Assembly (NCBI GenBank): GCA_964510775.1
Contig: CAZEBZ010000004.1
Coordinates: 1-60,615 of the forward strand
Origin: an uncultured Thermodesulfobacteriota bacterium
GTDB lineage: Bacteria > Desulfobacterota > GWC2-55-46 > JADFVP01
Reading direction: 5' to 3'
DNA length: 60,615 nucleotides
A program made the position numbers and the translations under genes. Below, one piece after another: positions 56,861 to 60,615 of this stretch (positions are counted from its first letter, which is position 1; each line of letters starts with the position of its first letter). A model generated the notes under the pieces. That model was not told where the DNA came from. It saw only the letters and a list, made by a program, of their open reading frames with translations, and ran no database searches.

Positions 56861-58609
56861 ATGGAAAATAAGGAAATAGCACGTTTGTTTAGCGAGATAG
56901 CCGATCTTCTTGAGATAAAGGGGGCAAATTCCTTCAGGATTCGCTCCTACAGAAACGCAGCACTCGTTATAGAGGGTTTTCCTGAGAGCTTTAAGAAGCT
57001 CCTTGAGAAGGGCGCTGATTCTCTTAAGGGTATACCCGGAGTCGGCGAGTCTATAAGGGAGAAGATAACAGAGATACTCGTTACGGGCGAGTGCAGCTTT
57101 CATGAGAACCTCTTAAAGGAGCTGCCCGCGGGTATACTGGATATTCTGAAGATAAACGGCGTAGGCCCTAAAAAGGCCTCGGAGTTTTACAGGCTTCTCG
57201 GTATAGGCTCTGTTGACGAGCTTGAAAAGGCAGCCGCCGCGGGAGGGCTAAGAGAGCTGCCCGGTATGGGAGTTAAATCCGAGGAGAAGATTCTTCACGC
57301 TATAAAGTCTTTTAAGAGCATAGCCGGCAGGTTCAACCTCGCCGTAGCATGGGCCGAGGCATCTGTGCTTGTGGAGTTCTTAGGCGGACTCGCCGGTGTA
57401 GAGGATGTGGCCGTAGCAGGGAGCCTGCGGCGTTGGAGAGAATCTATAGGGGATATTGATATACTCGTCGCATGTGAGGATTCGCCGCCTCTTATGAAGG
57501 CCTTTACGAGAAGACGAGATGTTGAGGAAGTGGTTATGACGGGCCCTACAAAGTCTACTGTCATACTTAACGGCGGCTTTCATGTAGACCTCCGTGTTGT
57601 TGAGAAGGCCTCATTTGGCGCGGCATTACAGTATTTTACGGGCTCAAAGGCTCATAATATCGCTCTACGTGAGAGGGCGCGGAAGATGGGGCTCAAGATA
57701 AACGAGTACGGAGTCTTTGATGCTAAGGGGGCAAGTGTTGCTGGAGCCACGGAGGAAGAGGTCTACAGGGCCGTGGGGCTGCCCTCTATGCCTCCCGAAC
57801 TTCGGGAGAATACCGGTGAGATAGAGGCCGCCGAGATGGGGACTCTGCCTGAAGCCCTTGAGGTGACTCATATAAGGGGCGATTTGCACTCACATACGAG
57901 GCGCAGCGACGGCTCGGCGACGATTGATGAGATGGCCCTTGCTGCGATGGAGCGTGGTTATGAGTATCTTGCCATAACAGACCACTCACGCTCCCTTAGC
58001 GTGGCAAATGGTCTTGATACAAAGAGGGTGCTTCTTGAGATGGAGGCCATAGAGACCTTCAACGAGAATATGCAGATGGGGGGTAACCCCTTTCGCCTCT
58101 TAAAGGGTACGGAGGTGGATATACGCTCTGACGGCTCACTTGACCACCCTGATGAGCTGCTCTCGGAGATGGAGTGTGTCGTAGGGGCCGTACACTCAGG
58201 CTTTACAATGGACGGCGCAGCTATGACGAAGAGGGTTATAAAGGCTATTAGTACGGGCCGTATTGATATTTTAGCCCACCCGACGGGAAGGCTTATATCA
58301 AGAAGGCCCCCTTATGAGCTCGATATGGAGGCGGTTATGGAGGCAGCCTCCGAGTTTAATGTGGCCCTGGAGCTTAACTCACACCCCGAGAGGCTCGACC
58401 TTAAGGACAGCCACCTGAGGCTCGCCGTTGAGATGGGCGTAAAGGTCTCTATATCAACAGATTCTCACGCTGTCTCTCAGTTATCAAATATTGTCTTTGG
58501 TCTGCATATGGCAAGACGAGGCTGGCTTACGCCTAAAAACGTACTTAACACAATGGGACTAAGAGAGCTGCAGGCTTTTTTGTCGACTCGCAGAGAGGCA
58601 CATGATTAA
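56861..58609 (+). CDS. polX: Family X DNA polymerase with C-terminal PHP domain
   Basis: HhH motifs, GSLRRWRESIGDIDILV (Pol beta-like nucleotidyltransferase), and the PHP His cluster (DLHSHT, ITDHS). The ATG at 56861 aligns with the usual PolX N-terminus (MENKEIARLFSEIADLLEIKG). Confidence 0.9.
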   Translation: MENKEIARLFSEIADLLEIKGANSFRIRSYRNAALVIEGFPESFKKLLEKGADSLKGIPGVGESIREKITEILVTGECSFHENLLKELPAGILDILKINGVGPKKASEFYRLLGIGSVDELEKAAAAGGLRELPGMGVKSEEKILHAIKSFKSIAGRFNLAVAWAEASVLVEFLGGLAGVEDVAVAGSLRRWRESIGDIDILVACEDSPPLMKAFTRRRDVEEVVMTGPTKSTVILNGGFHVDLRVVEKASFGAALQYFTGSKAHNIALRERARKMGLKINEYGVFDAKGASVAGATEEEVYRAVGLPSMPPELRENTGEIEAAEMGTLPEALEVTHIRGDLHSHTRRSDGSATIDEMALAAMERGYEYLAITDHSRSLSVANGLDTKRVLLEMEAIETFNENMQMGGNPFRLLKGTEVDIRSDGSLDHPDELLSEMECVVGAVHSGFTMDGAAMTKRVIKAISTGRIDILAHPTGRLISRRPPYELDMEAVMEAASEFNVALELNSHPERLDLKDSHLRLAVEMGVKVSISTDSHAVSQLSNIVFGLHMARRGWLTPKNVLNTMGLRELQAFLSTRREAHD

Positions 58610-58750
58610 TAAGAGTAGGCATTTTACGTAACTACTGGAAGAAAATTGCTCAGAAGAGCCTTTTTAATCTGCCCGCAGAGAGGCACATGATTAATAAGAG
58701 TAGGCATTTTACGTAACTATTTTAAGAAAATTGCTCAGAAGAGCCTTTTT
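58589..58750 (+). repeat. Tandem 85-bp-period duplication spanning the polX stop codon
   Basis: 77-nt copies at 58589-58665 and 58674-58750 differ at 3 positions. A partial third junction (TCGACTCGC) recurs at 58584 and 58754. Confidence 0.85.
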
Positions 58751-58843
58751 TTATCGACTCGCCGAGAAGCCGTGAACCAATAGCCGTTACAGGCACTGAA
58801 CTCTGCGGTATAGCTATTGGGAGTAAAAAGAGGGGGGGCTTAT

Positions 58844-59638
58844 CTATTCGGGCTGGGGGTAGAGAATCTCGATGTATCCCTCAGGGGCCTGTGCAGTAGC
58901 GTCCTCGTAGGGCAGGCCGCTCTTTGCAGCCTCCATGACATCAATACGCTCGTTTAGAAAACGTGTTACAACGGCTGCGCGTTTAGCGGCAAGACCCCAG
59001 GTATCACTGTTTACCTTGTCCTCACCAGCTGTCATTACCGCACGAATCTCTATGTGTTTGTTCTTTGCCTTTATGAAGTCCCGTGCCGCGCTTATTCTCT
59101 GCAGCAGGGCCTTACCCTCGGGAAGCAGATTGGCCCTTATTGATTTAAAGAGGGCTTTTTCCTCAATGAATAGGGAGAGGCCGGCGCTGCCCTTCACAAT
59201 ACTGACTGAGCCTATCTCAATGTCCTCAGTAAGTGTCCTGTAAAGTTCACCGTAGATGGAGTCACAGACGTCGTTTGGGCATTTAACTGTGTTATTAGTC
59301 GTTTTTGAGGCTGGCCTTGCCCGCAGCTCCTCGACGAGTTTTCTTAACCCCTGGTTATTAAGGGTCTTATCTCTAAGCGAGCTTTTTAGCGAGTCGATAG
59401 CCGCTGCTTTCTTAATGTTGGACTCAACAAGGCCCTCGTTTTTTGTGCGAAGGGCCTCAATCTCCTTCTTACGTGAGGCCATCTCCTCAAGGAGGCTCTT
59501 ATTGGTATCCTGCGCGTTAGTAGTCTGGAGCATGGCCGTACGGTTATCATCAAGGGCTTTTTGAAGTGTAGATGAGCGCACGCAGCCGCCAAAGACAAGG
59601 AGCAGGGCCATTAAAGGAAGGAGTTTTTTTAAATACAT
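58844..59638 (-). CDS. OmpA/MotB-like domain lipoprotein with coiled-coil region
   Basis: Lipobox LVFGGC. A central coiled-coil, then a C-terminal OmpA-like pattern (F..I.A.L..EGKALLQRI......HIEIRA...G......TWGLAAKRAAVVTRFL). Confidence 0.55.
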   Translation of the reverse strand: MYLKKLLPLMALLLVFGGCVRSSTLQKALDDNRTAMLQTTNAQDTNKSLLEEMASRKKEIEALRTKNEGLVESNIKKAAAIDSLKSSLRDKTLNNQGLRKLVEELRARPASKTTNNTVKCPNDVCDSIYGELYRTLTEDIEIGSVSIVKGSAGLSLFIEEKALFKSIRANLLPEGKALLQRISAARDFIKAKNKHIEIRAVMTAGEDKVNSDTWGLAAKRAAVVTRFLNERIDVMEAAKSGLPYEDATAQAPEGYIEILYPQPE

Positions 59639-59806
59639 AGGCTGATTATTCTCTTACCTGTTGCAGGTAATATGAGCGTAAAATATTGGTTAAGAGTAGA
59701 AAAAAACGTACATAATTAATTTATTAGATAGGTGGCTCTTTGTCAATAAATAAGAGGTCACGATAGAGGATTAGAGAATAAAAAGGAGTAGGGAAGAGGC
59801 GCATTC

Positions 59807-60615
59807 TTATGCAGATTCTTTCTGCGCGTCCGTACCCGCCGGCAGAGTCTCTACCTTTACCTTGACTATTCTGTTAGCCTCAACGTCTACTATGGTAAAG
59901 CGCTTGTCTTTATACTGAACGAACTCGCCACCCTTTGGTATCCTCTGAAGCCTTACGAGGAGAAAACCGGCCAAGGTATTAAACTCCTCACTCTCGGCCT
60001 CAGTATCGATGATTATACCCTCGTCCTCAAGGTCACCGATAGATATTGTGGCGTCTATTATCATGGCGCCGTCCTTGAGCTTCATTACGAGGCCGCCTTT
60101 ACCCACATCGTACTCGTCCTCAATCTCGCCCACTATCTCCTCAAGAATATCCTCAATAGTCACAAGGCCGTCTACGTCCCCGTGCTCGTCTACGACTATG
60201 GCGATATGAACCTTTCTTCTCTGCATCTCGCGAAGTAGCTTGCTTATGAGTATGGTAGCGGGCACAAAGTATGGCTCGCGGATTATATCTCTAAGTATTA
60301 TGGCCTCGCCCTTTTCCACTACCTTGAAGACGTCTTTGTTAAAGAGTATGCCTGTAATGTTCTCAACGGTGCCTTTATAAACAGGGTATCTTGAGAACCC
60401 GGCATCAGCGATTTTTTTCAGCACCGCCTCTGAGGGTGTCTTAATATCAATGGCTGAAAAATTTGGTTTTGGAACCATGACCTCTCGTACAGTGGTATCG
60501 GCGAACTGAAAAATTCCGTGAAGCAGCGCTGCCTCAGTCTCCTCAAAGACACCTGTGGCGCGGCCTTCTCTGATGAAGTATTTTATCTCTTCTTCTGAGA
60601 TAAAGGTGCGCTCTT
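59807..60615 (-). CDS. CorC/HlyC (TlyC) family CBS-domain transporter-associated protein, 5'-truncated by the window edge
   Basis: The frame stays open upstream of the track's Met to the window end (...ERTFISEEEIKYFIREGRATGVFEETEAALLHGIFQFADTTVREVM...). CBS pair plus a C-terminal CorC_HlyC domain. Confidence 0.85.
   Translation of the reverse strand, partial: ERTFISEEEIKYFIREGRATGVFEETEAALLHGIFQFADTTVREVMVPKPNFSAIDIKTPSEAVLKKIADAGFSRYPVYKGTVENITGILFNKDVFKVVEKGEAIILRDIIREPYFVPATILISKLLREMQRRKVHIAIVVDEHGDVDGLVTIEDILEEIVGEIEDEYDVGKGGLVMKLKDGAMIIDATISIGDLEDEGIIIDTEAESEEFNTLAGFLLVRLQRIPKGGEFVQYKDKRFTIVDVEANRIVKVKVETLPAGTDAQKESA

Noticed and set aside
58589-58750. Considered whether the 77-nt repeats are a CRISPR array.
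   Set aside because: There are only two copies, separated by an 8-nt linker with no spacers. The repeats are far longer than CRISPR repeats, and there are no cas genes.

Overview
60.6-kb, densely coding chromosomal window from a diderm (Gram-negative-type) bacterium of unknown lineage. I recognised no rRNA, tRNA, CRISPR array, transposase or integrase. Gene order: MalM-like lipoprotein; norCBQD nitric-oxide reductase operon; MltF-like lytic transglycosylase; small multihaem cytochrome c; yjbQ; M29-like aminopeptidase; CheY-like receiver; tilS. A ~19.5-kb run of minus-strand genes follows: a 1702-aa secreted beta-helix protein, a full type II secretion set (gspE F G H I J K L-like M-like C-like D), a cytochrome b561-dihaem / DUF1924 / dihaem cytochrome module, and an XRE-HTH/PilZ fusion. 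Next come gamma-CA-like, Ppx/GppA, guaB, guaA and LOG genes, an RHH protein with an HprK-like P-loop kinase, a GH15 hydrolase, two GT-C-type membrane proteins (one YfhO-like with a long K/E/V-rich insert), a 7x SBBP repeat protein and an M16 peptidase. The window ends with rhodanese, aspA, a GerMN protein, murI, polX, an OmpA-like lipoprotein and a partial CorC/HlyC gene. The strongest observations are: (1) a rhodanese gene split by the ORF caller at an in-frame UGA that aligns with the catalytic Cys and has a SECIS-like hairpin downstream, so a candidate selenoprotein; (2) the T2SS locus headed by a giant candidate cargo, with two c-di-GMP signatures on the same strand (tandem MshEN motifs in GspE; an XRE-PilZ regulator with intact RxxxR and NxSxxG); (3) an RHH + HprK-like kinase + GH15 + two GT-C gene string of unclear function. 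I found no clearly novel system. All functional calls come from motif recognition by eye, not from database searches.
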